Positions 30,875 to 40,557 are shown, numbered from the stretch's first letter. The stretch is 64,000 nt of DNA from an uncultured Chthonomonadaceae bacterium (GCA_963817895.1 CAWFQB010000005.1:736001-800000), one strand, 5' to 3'. Notes: generated by a model from the sequence alone, not told the origin. Numbers and translations are program-made.

Positions 30875-33800
30875 TTAGCGCGAACCCGATCCGGCAACGA
30901 CCTGCGTGGTATAGCTGATGGCTCCGGCTCCTGTCGAGGCGAATCGCAGCGTGAGCGTGGCCGAGGAACCGGGGTTGCCGCTGGCCGCGAGACTTCCGGC
31001 AGGCAGGTTGATGTACGGGCGTCCCGCGGGCAAAACCGCGCTCGTGGTTCCGGTAGCGTTTTGCAGCGTTCCGTTCGTCAGATTGCCCAGTATCAGCGAA
31101 ATGGGGCCATTGATAGCCGTTGCGCTTGTGTTGGTGAGAGTGACTGTCTGCGTGTAGGTTCTGGAAGGGCGATCATACACGAACGAGCCGCGCGTCACGG
31201 TAACGATTCCGCTGACATCCGTCGGGCCAACCGGGATAACGGGGTTAACGGTGATACTGACAGTTGCCGTATTGCTGTCTTTCACGCCGTTGTTCACTTT
31301 GAATGTGAAGCTATCGCTGCCGAAGTAGCCCGCGTTCGGCGTATACGTCACATTGGGCGCGGTTCCGCTTAATGTACCGTTTGTGGGATTGGAAACAATC
31401 GTGTACGTCAGGCTGCGCGGCGGCGTATTCGGGTCCGAACCCGTCAGCGTTATTCCAACGGCGGTATCCTGATTGGTGGTCACGGATTGCGGGTTCGCCG
31501 TGGGAGCCAAAACCACCTGTGTTACGGTGATGCTGACCGTCGCCACATTGCTGTCTTTGACGCCGTTATTCACCTTGAACGTGAAGCTATCCGGGCCGAA
31601 GTACCCGGCAGTCGGCGTATACGTCAAGTTCGGAGCCGTTCCACTCAATGTGCCGTGTGTGGGACTGGACACGACGGAGTAGGTCAGCGAACGCGGTGGC
31701 ATGTTGGGGTCGGAACCTGTGAGCGTAATGCCGACAGCGGTATCCTGGTTAGTTGTGACCGATTGTGGATTGGCGACGGGAGCCTGAACCACTTGCGTCA
31801 CGGTGATGCTGACGGTAGCCGTGTTACTATCCTTTACGCCGTTATTCGCTTTGAAGGTGAAGCTGTCCGGGCCGAAGTAGCCCGCAGTCGGCGTGTATGT
31901 CAGGTTCGGCGCCGTTCCTGTGAGTGTGCCATGCGCCGGGTTGCTGACTACTGAATAGGTCAGCGAACGCGCCGGGTTGTTCGGATCGGAACCGGTCAGC
32001 GTGATGCCCACAGCCGTATCTTGATTGGTGGTCACGCTCTGATTATTGGCGGTGGGAGCCAAAACCACCTGTGTCACGGTGATGCTGACAGTGGCGACAT
32101 TACTATCTTTAACGCCATTGTTGGCCTTGAACGTGAAGCTGTCGCTGCCGAAGTATCCGGCTGTCGGCGTATACGTCAGGTTGGGAGCCGTGCCACTCAA
32201 CGTTCCATGTGTCGGACCGGATACGACGGAGTAGGTCAGCGAACGCGCCGGAGTGTTAGGGTCGGAAGCGGTCAAGGTAATACCGACTGCCGTATCCTGG
32301 TTAGTTGTGACCGATTGGTTGTTGGCAACGGGAGCCATAACCACCTGTGTTACGGTGATGCTGACGGTCGCCGCGCTGCTGGTATTGGTGCCGTTACTGA
32401 CGGTGAAGGTGAAGCTGTCCGGGCCGAAGTAGCCCGCAGTCGGCGTATAAGTCACACTGCCCGTAGCGGCATTGAAGCCTGACAATGTGCCGTGTGTGGG
32501 ATTGCTGGCAATGGCGTAGGTAAGCGTAAGCGCCGGAACGTCATCGTCGGAACCGGTCAGGGTAATGGCTTTGGCCGTGTCCTGATTGGTCGTCACGCTT
32601 TGAGGGTTGGCCGTCGGAGTTCCCGCCGCGACGTTGAGAGTGACGGTTGCCGGACTGCTGGTATTCGTGCCGTTGCTGACGGTGAAGGTGAAACTGTCGG
32701 TACCATGATAACCCGTAGTCGGTGTATATGTCACGCTGCCGGTGGAGGCATTGAAGCCTGACAATGTGCCGTGTGTGGGATTGCTGGCAATGGCGTAGGT
32801 AAGCGTAAGCGCCGGAACGTCAGCGTCGGAACCGGTCAGGGTAATGGCTTTGGCGGTGTTGTGGGCAACGGACACGCTCTGGCCGTTGGCCGTTGGGGTT
32901 CCAACAGCGACGGTAAGGGTGACGGTCGCCGCGCTGCTGGTCAAGACTCCATTATTGACGGTGAAGGTGAAAGTGTCGCTGCCATGATAACCCGCAGTCG
33001 GCGTGTAAGTCACACTGCCGGTAGCGGCATTGAAGCCTGACAATGTGCCGTTTGTGGGATTGGTGGCAATGGCGTAGGTAAGACTGCGCGGCGGCGAGTT
33101 CGGATCGGAACCGGTCAAGGTAATGGCTTTGGCGGTGTTGTGGGCAACGGACACGCTTTGATTGTTGGCGGTGGGCCTGCCGATGACGTTGATAGTGACG
33201 GTTGCGATGTTGCTGTCTTCGTAACCATCATTAGCCTTGAACTGGAAGGTGTCTGTTCCGAAGAAACCGGCGTTGGGCTGATACGTCAGATTGGGAGCCG
33301 TGCCGGTCAGGGAGCCGTGCGTGGGATTAGTCGTGACGGTGTAGGTTAGCGAGTCGTTGTCCGCGTCCGATGCGGTCAGCGTGATGTTAATTCCCGTGCT
33401 TTGCCCCGTAGTTACGGTTTGGTTATTGGCGACAGGCGGGGTGTTGATGCCGAGTTTGGCGAAGAACGCCCGCGAAACCACATTGCCGCTTCCCTGTTGC
33501 GTACCGGTGACATAAACGTTATTGCCGACTACGCCCACGCCGGTAGCGGCATCATCCCGCGTGGTTCCGAGATAGGTGGAATAGATCAGCGTGGCATTTC
33601 CGACTTGCGTGGGATCAATTTTGGCGACAAACGCGTCCTGTTCGCTAGGTCCGCCACTATTCTGACCGCCGCCCGCAACGGGGTTGCGTGTTGGGAAATT
33701 GGTGGTCGTGGTATACCCCACAATATAGGCGTTGCCGGAGGCATCCAGGTCTACGCCGAGTCCTCCTGAGTCGATAAGGCCTCCTGAGTTGATAATGGCG

Positions 33801-35923
33801 GGTGTGCTGGTGCTGCCGCCGAGGTAGGTGGAGTACAGCAGGCTGTTCGTGCCGTTGATGGTGGTATCCATCTCGAACAGCGTGGCGTTGGAGGATACTA
33901 CATTGTTCGAGCCTGCGGCTCCGCCGCCATACGCGCTTTGCGCCGCGTTCTTCGTGGGAAAGTTGGTGGTGTTGCTCGTGCCTGCTACCCAGACAATGCC
34001 GCTGCCAAGGAACGCCATGCCGAAAGCGTTACTGTTGCGTCCCCCATTAGTGTTATTGTACTCGATGCTGCCGCCGAAATACGTGCCGAACACGAGCGAA
34101 GCATTCCCGCTCTGGTTGGTATCTACGCGCAGCAACAGGGTCTTACTTCCAAATCCCCCCCCATTGGGCAGGGTCGTGGTATACGTGCGGGCGGGCGGGC
34201 CGCCGGGTCCATCCATGTAAGGGGCAGTGGAGTGGGATACAAATACATCACTGGAGCTGGAATTTCCGATCACGTACGCGGTTCCGGGGTTCTGCGGGTC
34301 GGCAGCAATCCCCTCGCAGCTGGTATCGTTGTCACCCTCGAAAATGGTAGCGTAGACGAGCGTCTTGTAGGTGGCGCCACTCCCTTGCAGCCGAGCGACA
34401 AGGCCTACGGTAGCGCCGTTGCTGGCATCTTGAAAGTACTGGTCATACGTATTGTAGCCGTTCGTCAGGGGCGGGAATGGCTGGTTGTTGAAATTGCGAA
34501 CGGAGGACTCCCCCTGCATTCCGATACCGGTGGACCCGGCGAGGTAGATGTTGGTTCCCGCCGCGTCTACGGAAATGGCATTGATAGAGGAAGTGGTTTG
34601 CCAGCCGAAGTAGCTGCCATATTGCACCACCCCCAAGTCATTTAATTTTGCCACATAGCCGTTTGACCTGTTGGCGGTATTAGTGCCGAGCGCCATCTGG
34701 TAGCCATTGGGAACCGGCATATTCGTAGAGGCTGCCGCTCCACAGATATAGACGTTGTTTGCGCCGTCGAGAGCAACGCCGGAGCCTTGATCATTGCCAT
34801 TGCCGCCGATGATACTCAGGTACTTTAGCGCACCGGTGGAATCCAGCTTGATGACATACATGTCATTGAGATTTTGAGAAATGTTTTGATTGGTTGGTGT
34901 GCCGCTGGGATTGGCGCCGTTGAGCGTGGTCGTTCCGCCGGAATAGTAGGTCAGGGTCGTGTTGTTGCCCTGATTGGTGTTGTAGGCAACAGTTCCGACA
35001 CTGTAGGAGTTGCCGTTGCTGTCCACAACAGTGCCTGCGCCCAGGTTGGACGCCCGTACCCCCGATGCGTTGCCAATCAGCGTGTTGAAGTAGTGTACAA
35101 CCAGAACGGGGTCAATCACGAGCGGGCGGGCGTGATCGTAATTCGCCAGCGCAAAGCCGACGCGCGCATCCCCGGAAGGCTGGATTTTTACGTCGTAACG
35201 CGCGGGGACGGGCGTTCGCTTGCCGTTGATGTTCTGGTAAGCGACCGGGCGCTGCCAGCGCACTTCGCCCGTTCCCATGCCAAGCCGCAGATTGCCCGCC
35301 TCATCCACCCTGATATGCTTCGCGCCCTCGAAATTCAAGCGCACTTTGGAAGCGTCCGCGCCGGGGCGGACGATGAAATCGTATTCCAACTGCTTTTGAT
35401 TGCCGTAGTACACCAGGTCTACGCCGGAATACACCTGCTTCAAGCGGACGCGGGAAAACGTCGGTACGCCTGTATGCCACTTTTTGGGGTTATTGCCGAT
35501 GAAATAGTTGATTTTACCGGGCAGTTCCGCTTCGCCCGTCACTTCGGGGCGCGGATTGGCTCCCACCAGTTTCATCCGCATCGGCCTGTCCGGCGCGGCG
35601 GCAATTCGCGTATGGGATTTCGCTTTTGCTGTTCTTGGAGCGGTTTTTGCCGCATCCGTTCGGGCGTTGAGGCCGAGCAGCACTTCCCCCGGCGTGATGG
35701 CGACCTGATAGTCTCCATGCAGGGAAAGGAAGCGAGCATCGCCCCCGACCTGTCCCATGTTCTGCTCGAATTGCAGCGGGGTGACGGCATACTTTGTGTC
35801 AATCCGCGCCTTGCCTTTTGCAGCGAGTGGCGTCTGACTCCAGGAAACGGAAGTGGCTGCGGCGAACAGGGCAAGGATCGCGGGCAGCGGACGACGTAAA
35901 GGCGTAGTCCATTTGTAGCGCAT
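30875..35923 (-). CDS. Large secreted surface protein: N-terminal DUF7948-like domain, SBBP beta-propeller repeats, 8 tandem Ig-like (tandem-95) repeats and a conserved C-terminal domain
   Basis: Signal peptide; FEQNMGQ, NYFIGN..KW.TGVP, LEYDFIV.PG and PLVIDP motifs; YSTYLGG/AFVAKI repeats; eight ~92-aa P.AN.QSV...TLTGSD...YTP..G..G.DSFTF repeats. Confidence 0.9.
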   Translation of the reverse strand: MRYKWTTPLRRPLPAILALFAAATSVSWSQTPLAAKGKARIDTKYAVTPLQFEQNMGQVGGDARFLSLHGDYQVAITPGEVLLGLNARTDAAKTAPRTAKAKSHTRIAAAPDRPMRMKLVGANPRPEVTGEAELPGKINYFIGNNPKKWHTGVPTFSRVRLKQVYSGVDLVYYGNQKQLEYDFIVRPGADASKVRLNFEGAKHIRVDEAGNLRLGMGTGEVRWQRPVAYQNINGKRTPVPARYDVKIQPSGDARVGFALANYDHARPLVIDPVLVVHYFNTLIGNASGVRASNLGAGTVVDSNGNSYSVGTVAYNTNQGNNTTLTYYSGGTTTLNGANPSGTPTNQNISQNLNDMYVIKLDSTGALKYLSIIGGNGNDQGSGVALDGANNVYICGAAASTNMPVPNGYQMALGTNTANRSNGYVAKLNDLGVVQYGSYFGWQTTSSINAISVDAAGTNIYLAGSTGIGMQGESSVRNFNNQPFPPLTNGYNTYDQYFQDASNGATVGLVARLQGSGATYKTLVYATIFEGDNDTSCEGIAADPQNPGTAYVIGNSSSSDVFVSHSTAPYMDGPGGPPARTYTTTLPNGGGFGSKTLLLRVDTNQSGNASLVFGTYFGGSIEYNNTNGGRNSNAFGMAFLGSGIVWVAGTSNTTNFPTKNAAQSAYGGGAAGSNNVVSSNATLFEMDTTINGTNSLLYSTYLGGSTSTPAIINSGGLIDSGGLGVDLDASGNAYIVGYTTTTNFPTRNPVAGGGQNSGGPSEQDAFVAKIDPTQVGNATLIYSTYLGTTRDDAATGVGVVGNNVYVTGTQQGSGNVVSRAFFAKLGINTPPVANNQTVTTGQSTGINITLTASDADNDSLTYTVTTNPTHGSLTGTAPNLTYQPNAGFFGTDTFQFKANDGYEDSNIATVTINVIGRPTANNQSVSVAHNTAKAITLTGSDPNSPPRSLTYAIATNPTNGTLSGFNAATGSVTYTPTAGYHGSDTFTFTVNNGVLTSSAATVTLTVAVGTPTANGQSVSVAHNTAKAITLTGSDADVPALTLTYAIASNPTHGTLSGFNASTGSVTYTPTTGYHGTDSFTFTVSNGTNTSSPATVTLNVAAGTPTANPQSVTTNQDTAKAITLTGSDDDVPALTLTYAIASNPTHGTLSGFNAATGSVTYTPTAGYFGPDSFTFTVSNGTNTSSAATVSITVTQVVMAPVANNQSVTTNQDTAVGITLTASDPNTPARSLTYSVVSGPTHGTLSGTAPNLTYTPTAGYFGSDSFTFKANNGVKDSNVATVSITVTQVVLAPTANNQSVTTNQDTAVGITLTGSDPNNPARSLTYSVVSNPAHGTLTGTAPNLTYTPTAGYFGPDSFTFKANNGVKDSNTATVSITVTQVVQAPVANPQSVTTNQDTAVGITLTGSDPNMPPRSLTYSVVSSPTHGTLSGTAPNLTYTPTAGYFGPDSFTFKVNNGVKDSNVATVSITVTQVVLAPTANPQSVTTNQDTAVGITLTGSDPNTPPRSLTYTIVSNPTNGTLSGTAPNVTYTPNAGYFGSDSFTFKVNNGVKDSNTATVSITVNPVIPVGPTDVSGIVTVTRGSFVYDRPSRTYTQTVTLTNTSATAINGPISLILGNLTNGTLQNATGTTSAVLPAGRPYINLPAGSLAASGNPGSSATLTLRFASTGAGAISYTTQVVAGSGSR

Positions 35924-36121
35924 GAAAATTCTCCGGGGTGTGCCTGAACCTACATCGGCAGGCAGGAGGAAAAGCGGTTGGGGCGGACAACCGGCACAAG
36001 TATAACACAGAAAACATTACAACACAATTCAATTACAAAGGTATGTGGCCTGCGTGAACAAAAACAGGTATAATTTTCCCGCGCTCAGGCCTGTCGCGCC
36101 GGACAGAAAGGTAAATGTGAG

Positions 36122-36436
36122 ATGGATATACTGACTCTGGATTCTTTTGTGCCGCAGGTGGAAGCCACCTTTCTTTGCCGTCTTGAAAACGGCGACGCCT
36201 ACGCCCTGCGGCTTGTGGAAGCGTCGGAAATCGGGCGGCAGAACACCGCGGGAACAGGCAGTGCCGGGGCAGGAGAACGCCGCCCGTTTTCTCTGATTTT
36301 TCTCGGTCCGGCAGACGTTGCGCTTCCGCAAAGCATTTACCGACTGGAACATGCCGACATGGAACCGTTGTCCATTTTTCTGGTTCCCATCAGCCGGGAC
36401 GCGATGGGTACGCGCTACCAGGCTGTCTTTAACTGA
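36122..36436 (+). CDS. DUF6916-like small protein
   Basis: L.L.E...RRPFSLIFLGP...LPQSIYRLEH....LSIFLVPI......YQAVFN. Confidence 0.75.
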   Translation: MDILTLDSFVPQVEATFLCRLENGDAYALRLVEASEIGRQNTAGTGSAGAGERRPFSLIFLGPADVALPQSIYRLEHADMEPLSIFLVPISRDAMGTRYQAVFN

Positions 36437-36911
36437 CCGGCAGCCGCTTCATCAGGGTATACACGCCCTGTTCCTCAACGGGCGTAAATCCGAAGCGGAC
36501 ATACAAGTTTGCGGCGCGGTTGAACTGTTCCACGTAAAGCAGTACCGGTTTACCGTCTGCATCCGCTTCGGCCAGCAAAGCGCGTACCAGCGCGCTTCCC
36601 ATACCCCCGCCCCGCGCTTCGGTCAGCAGGGCAATGTCGAGCAGGCGAATCTCCTTCGCGCCGCGATACACGTACAGCCTGCCGACAGGAACCTCCGATT
36701 TGAGAATGATGTGGAAATCCGCGTCCGCGTAATGGGTCTGATAGTGGCGCTGCTGCGCGGCAAACTGCATACGCAAAAAGATTTCCCGCTGCGCCGAATC
36801 CCAGGGAAGCGGCGCGAGTTCTTCCAGGCGCGTGGACGCATAAACCTGATACAGAAATTCCTCATCCGTCGGCAGTACGCGCCGCAGTGTCCATTCCGGC
36901 TCATTTTGCAT
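36429..36911 (-). CDS. GNAT family N-acetyltransferase
   Basis: LRRV...DEEFL..VYASTR, MQFAAQ..HY...Y, IRLLDIALL...RGGGMGS and A.NLY.RFGF. Start ATG 36911. Confidence 0.88.
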   Translation of the reverse strand: MQNEPEWTLRRVLPTDEEFLYQVYASTRLEELAPLPWDSAQREIFLRMQFAAQQRHYQTHYADADFHIILKSEVPVGRLYVYRGAKEIRLLDIALLTEARGGGMGSALVRALLAEADADGKPVLLYVEQFNRAANLYVRFGFTPVEEQGVYTLMKRLPVS

Positions 36912-36937
36912 CTTGCGGTTCCCGTCACTCTGAAATG

Positions 36938-37046
36938 TCGGTATTTGGTGTTCGGTGTTCGGTGTTCGGGGCGATGCAAAAGCGCGGACGTTTTCCTCAA
37001 CGCGATATAGACTTATCCGAATACCAAATACCGAACACCGAACACC
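36938..37046. repeat. Heptamer-repeat hairpin (GGTGTTC)n/(CCGAACA)n
   Basis: ggtatttggtgttcggtgttcggtgttcgg ... ccgaataccaaataccgaacaccgaacacc. Confidence 0.75.
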
Positions 37047-37051
37047 AATCC

Positions 37052-37579
37052 TCACGACCTTGATGGATAAATACCCTGCAAAGCAATAACGAACATCATC
37101 GTCTGGTAGGGTGCGAGATTGTTGTGCGGCTGGCTGTTGCCTGCTGTGACGACAGCCTGCGGCGCAAGTGATGGGGGCGAGGAGGGCAGCGCGGCTGCGT
37201 ACAAAGAGGCTCCAGGGCCGGTGTTCGCCGTCAGATTGCCGTTGGTTGAATTGAGGGACGCAGTCTCCCGGTCTCCCTGGAGTCCATGCGCGTGAGCGGG
37301 CATTTGGGAGGTGTTCAGCGTTACCGCGCTTTCGCCCCCTGTTTGCCCTACGTCATAATTGGATAATCCCGGCCCTTGCTGCCAGTGCATCGCCGCGCGT
37401 CCCTGCAAGTTGGGCAGTCCGAAGTTTGTTTGCCCATTGCCGCCAAAATTCGTCCCCAACAGGGAGAAAAGCGCGGTGTTTTGACTGATCGGAAGCAATT
37501 GCCCGTCACAGGCTGCCCAACCTTGCGGCGCGAAGTTGAAGCCGACAATGCGAATCTCGCCCACAAATGCCTCTGCCAT
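37052..37579 (-). CDS. Phage tail-collar domain protein (MdpB-like), copy 3
   Basis: FVGEIRIVGFNFAPQGWAACDGQLLPISQNTALFSLLG...FGLPNLQGR; MPAHAH; PHNNL.PY. AGGAGG RBS. Confidence 0.9.
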   Translation of the reverse strand: MAEAFVGEIRIVGFNFAPQGWAACDGQLLPISQNTALFSLLGTNFGGNGQTNFGLPNLQGRAAMHWQQGPGLSNYDVGQTGGESAVTLNTSQMPAHAHGLQGDRETASLNSTNGNLTANTGPGASLYAAALPSSPPSLAPQAVVTAGNSQPHNNLAPYQTMMFVIALQGIYPSRS

Positions 37580-37708
37580 AAAAACCTCCTTTGCAAACGA
37601 CTGCAAACGCTAGGCCGAAGAACGCCTGCGCGTTCTGAATAGCGGCCCGGCAATAGAACAGGTTGAAATCGCGCGCAAGATTTCAGAAGGGCGCGAACTC
37701 ATCGAAAA

Positions 37709-38221
37709 TTAGTTCTGAGACGGAAAAACACCGAACAGAGAAATGATAAAGGTCACGCATTGATAGGGAGGCATGTTGTCATGGGGTTGATTGCCGCCCG
37801 TCGGCTGGATAGCGTTTCCCATCTGGCGCGGATTTCCCGGCCCGCTGTAAATGGATACGCTTGAGGACACCCCCAACACATTGCCGACCGGGGAGGCGGA
37901 ATTGGAATTGGCGGCCGTACCCGCGAGGGTATGCGTGTGCGAAGGGATTTGGTTTGTCGTCAGGGTGACGGTTTCCGCGCCGCCCCTTTGTCCGAAAGCC
38001 AGCGCGCCCTGGCCGCTATCGCCCATATGAATAGGAACGCGCCCGCGCAGGTCCGGCAGGCCGAACGTGTTTTGTCCGTCGCCGCCATAAGTCGTGCCGA
38101 GCAGGGCAAACAGGGCATCGTATTCTGAAATGTTCAGAAGCTGCCCGTTGCAAAACGCCCAGCCCTGCGGCTCGAAATTCCAGCCGCCCATGCGAATCTC
38201 ACCGATGTACGATTCTGCCAT
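37709..38221 (-). CDS. Phage tail-collar domain protein (MdpB-like), copy 2
   Basis: YIGEIRM.GWNFEPQGWAFCNGQLL...LFALLGTTYGGDG..TFGLPDLRGR; IPSHTH. Confidence 0.9.
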   Translation of the reverse strand: MAESYIGEIRMGGWNFEPQGWAFCNGQLLNISEYDALFALLGTTYGGDGQNTFGLPDLRGRVPIHMGDSGQGALAFGQRGGAETVTLTTNQIPSHTHTLAGTAANSNSASPVGNVLGVSSSVSIYSGPGNPRQMGNAIQPTGGNQPHDNMPPYQCVTFIISLFGVFPSQN

Positions 38222-38231
38222 CGTGTCCTCC

Positions 38232-38741
38232 TCAGTTGCGAGATGGGAAAATGCCCTGTAAAGCGATACAGAAATTGACCGCTAAATAGGGCGACATGTT
38301 GTTGTGGGGTTGTGACCCGCCGAAAGGCAAAATCGCCGCCGGGGCCAGCGGGGCGTTCAGGGGCGAGTTAGCCGGCGCGTAGGTGTTGCCGAAAGAACTG
38401 GCGGCCAGATAGTGGGTGCCGGGAGTGGGTTGATCGCCTCCGGCTCCGCTGACGGCAAGCGCATGGGTGTGCTGGGCCATCTCCCCTGACACCAGCGTAT
38501 GCTGCTGTTGACCCCCGACAGAACCCTGCGGAAACGTTTGATTGCGGTGCATGGCCGCGCGGGCCTGCAAATTGGGCAGGGCGAAGTTTGTTCGCCCATC
38601 GCCGCCATACGTGGTGCCGAGCAGCGCGAAAAGCGCCTGATTTTGACTGATCGGAAGCAATTGTCCGTTACAAGCCGCCCAGCCCCTTGGCGCGTAATTG
38701 AACGCGAAGACGCGCACTTCCCCCAGAAAAGGGTCTGCCAT
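38232..38741 (-). CDS. Phage tail-collar domain protein (MdpB-like), copy 1
   Basis: PFLGEVRVFAFNYAPRGWAACNGQLLPISQNQALFALLGTTYGGDG; MAQHTH; CIALQGIFPSRN. Confidence 0.9.
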   Translation of the reverse strand: MADPFLGEVRVFAFNYAPRGWAACNGQLLPISQNQALFALLGTTYGGDGRTNFALPNLQARAAMHRNQTFPQGSVGGQQQHTLVSGEMAQHTHALAVSGAGGDQPTPGTHYLAASSFGNTYAPANSPLNAPLAPAAILPFGGSQPHNNMSPYLAVNFCIALQGIFPSRN

Positions 38742-38983
38742 ACTGTCCTCCTCCTTGTGAACAGGTTTAATGCCGCGCGACGGCCCGCCCTATCCCGCGC
38801 TAATGAAGCCGGGAAGGATGTTTTTGCCGGATGCGGGAAATCTTTGCGCGTTGGTGTAAGATAGCATTTACCTGCTCGTTTAGAGAGTTTAGCCGATATT
38901 GCAAATTATGTCAATTATCATAGTCACAATATAACTGTGAACTATTTCACAAGCAGGGAGAAGAGCGATTGTTGGGCGGACGT

Positions 38984-39628
38984 TCAGCCGGTTGGGAGAG
39001 AATCGGCGAAGGAGCGCGTTGCCAGAACGATTTCGGCATTGGGGCGGTCATTGGTTTCCATGCGATGGACAGCGGCTTCGCTCGTCCATTTCCATACGCG
39101 GATGTGGCGCTCGATAACGCGCTGCATGGCAACGTCAAGGGGCGTGTCCAGATACCAGCGCTCATCGAAACTGCGGCTGACATCTGCCCATTCGCCCTCC
39201 TGATGCAGCAGATACAGTCCCTCTACCAATACCAGTCGAACGGAGGGCGCAATTACGAGCGCGTTCTCAACCGGATCGCCAATGTCGTGCTGAAAATCCG
39301 GCCACGCCACGCTCTCCTGTCTCGCCGCTACTCGCAATCGCTGTAGCCGTTCTGTAAGCGCGGCGGGATCGAACGTCCAGGGCGCTCCGCGCCGCGCAAA
39401 CGCCTCTTCCGGGTCGGGCATCTGCCGCAGTCGCGCTTTGGTCAGGTGAAAGCCGTCCATGCCGAGCGCAATCATGGTTCCCGGCTGCGCGCGGGCGTTC
39501 ACTTCCGCCGTCCACTGCGCGGCAAGGGTGCTTTTGCCCGCCCCCGGCAACCCGGCAAGGCCGATCAGCAGGCGCGGCGCGTCGGCCTCCAGTAGTTCCA
39601 GCAATCTGTTGACGGGATTGAATTTCAT
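38984..39628 (-). CDS. P-loop kinase, YggC/pantothenate-uridine kinase-like
   Basis: GLPGAGKST, MDGFH, RRGAPWTFD and VEGLYLL. Confidence 0.85.
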   Translation of the reverse strand: MKFNPVNRLLELLEADAPRLLIGLAGLPGAGKSTLAAQWTAEVNARAQPGTMIALGMDGFHLTKARLRQMPDPEEAFARRGAPWTFDPAALTERLQRLRVAARQESVAWPDFQHDIGDPVENALVIAPSVRLVLVEGLYLLHQEGEWADVSRSFDERWYLDTPLDVAMQRVIERHIRVWKWTSEAAVHRMETNDRPNAEIVLATRSFADSLPTG

Positions 39629-39779
39629 GAGGTGAAGCCTTATTCGTAGTTCATTGACGCAGACCGGAAAACGTGGAGGCTGCTTCCGAGAGCATCATGT
39701 GTCCGGGATAGGTATATCTACTGGAATTCACCGGAATATTTGCTTGAAAGTGGTTTGATCCATGCTCTTAAGACCTTTC

Positions 39780-39795
39780 TGGCATGAAACTTGCT
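39780..39795 (+). promoter_or_regulatory. Sigma-54 (-24/-12) promoter
   Basis: TGGCATGAAACTTGCT with GG 39781-82 and GC 39793-94 at canonical spacing, about 110 bp upstream of a PEP-CTERM gene. Confidence 0.65.
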
Positions 39796-39903
39796 ATATC
39801 AGTGGTAGCGCAGTCTTGAACGGCTCTGCCCGAAACGCTCTCCCGGGAGCGTTCCGACAGCCACTTAACAGGAAGACAGGACATAGAAAGAAACAGGTCT
39901 TAA

Positions 39904-40557
39904 ATGAATCGCTGTATACTGATTTGCTCTCTAATTGCTCTCGGATCCGGCGTGTCTGCCCTGGCACATGCGCAGACGCCCGCTTATACCTTTGCCTCTG
40001 CTCCCGTCAGTCATGACAATCCGTTGAGCCTCGGCTTTGTATTCAGCACAAGCGCTCCGGTAGAGGTCAGGGCGCTGGGTTACTATGATGAGGGACAGGA
40101 TGGCTTCGCCACTGCGCATGAGGTCGGTATCTTCGACGCGGGCGGCGCGCTGCTGACTTCGACCCTGCTTTCATCAGGAACGGTGGAAACGCTCACGGAT
40201 CAGTTCCGCTACAAAGCGATTACGCCGTTTGTTCTGGCTGCCGGTTCCACGTATACCCTTGCCGCAACCACCTATGGCTCTGCGGATGGATGGGCTTATG
40301 GCAATGCGGGGGCTTCTCTCGCGGGTTTCACCGTAGACCCGCGTATTTCCATTGCCAACAATGCCAGCCGTTTTCACTACCAGAGCGACAATGTCCTGCG
40401 CGATCCCCAGGATGTGTTCGGTTATACTATCTATGCCGGCCCTAACTTCCTGATCGGCGCAGCCAACGTTCCCGAACCCGGCTCTGTCGCTTTTCTCGCC
40501 GGTGTCGGCTTGAGCAGTATCGGCTTCCTCGCGCGCCGCCGCAAAAAGTCCCGCTAA
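39904..40557 (+). CDS. PEP-CTERM sorting-signal protein (DUF4082-like domain)
   Basis: Signal peptide; SLGFVF...V.ALGYYD...HEVGIFD...YAGPNF; VPEPGS-TM-RRRKKSR. Confidence 0.88.
   Translation: MNRCILICSLIALGSGVSALAHAQTPAYTFASAPVSHDNPLSLGFVFSTSAPVEVRALGYYDEGQDGFATAHEVGIFDAGGALLTSTLLSSGTVETLTDQFRYKAITPFVLAAGSTYTLAATTYGSADGWAYGNAGASLAGFTVDPRISIANNASRFHYQSDNVLRDPQDVFGYTIYAGPNFLIGAANVPEPGSVAFLAGVGLSSIGFLARRRKKSR

Noticed and set aside
37052..38741. Prophage or contractile injection system suggested by the tail-collar genes
   Set aside because: No integrase, capsid, terminase, baseplate, sheath or tube genes anywhere in the window.
39805..39865. tRNA (GTAGCGCAGTC resembles a D-arm start)
   Set aside because: No anticodon arm or TTCGA T-loop in the correct geometry, and no acceptor stem or CCA.
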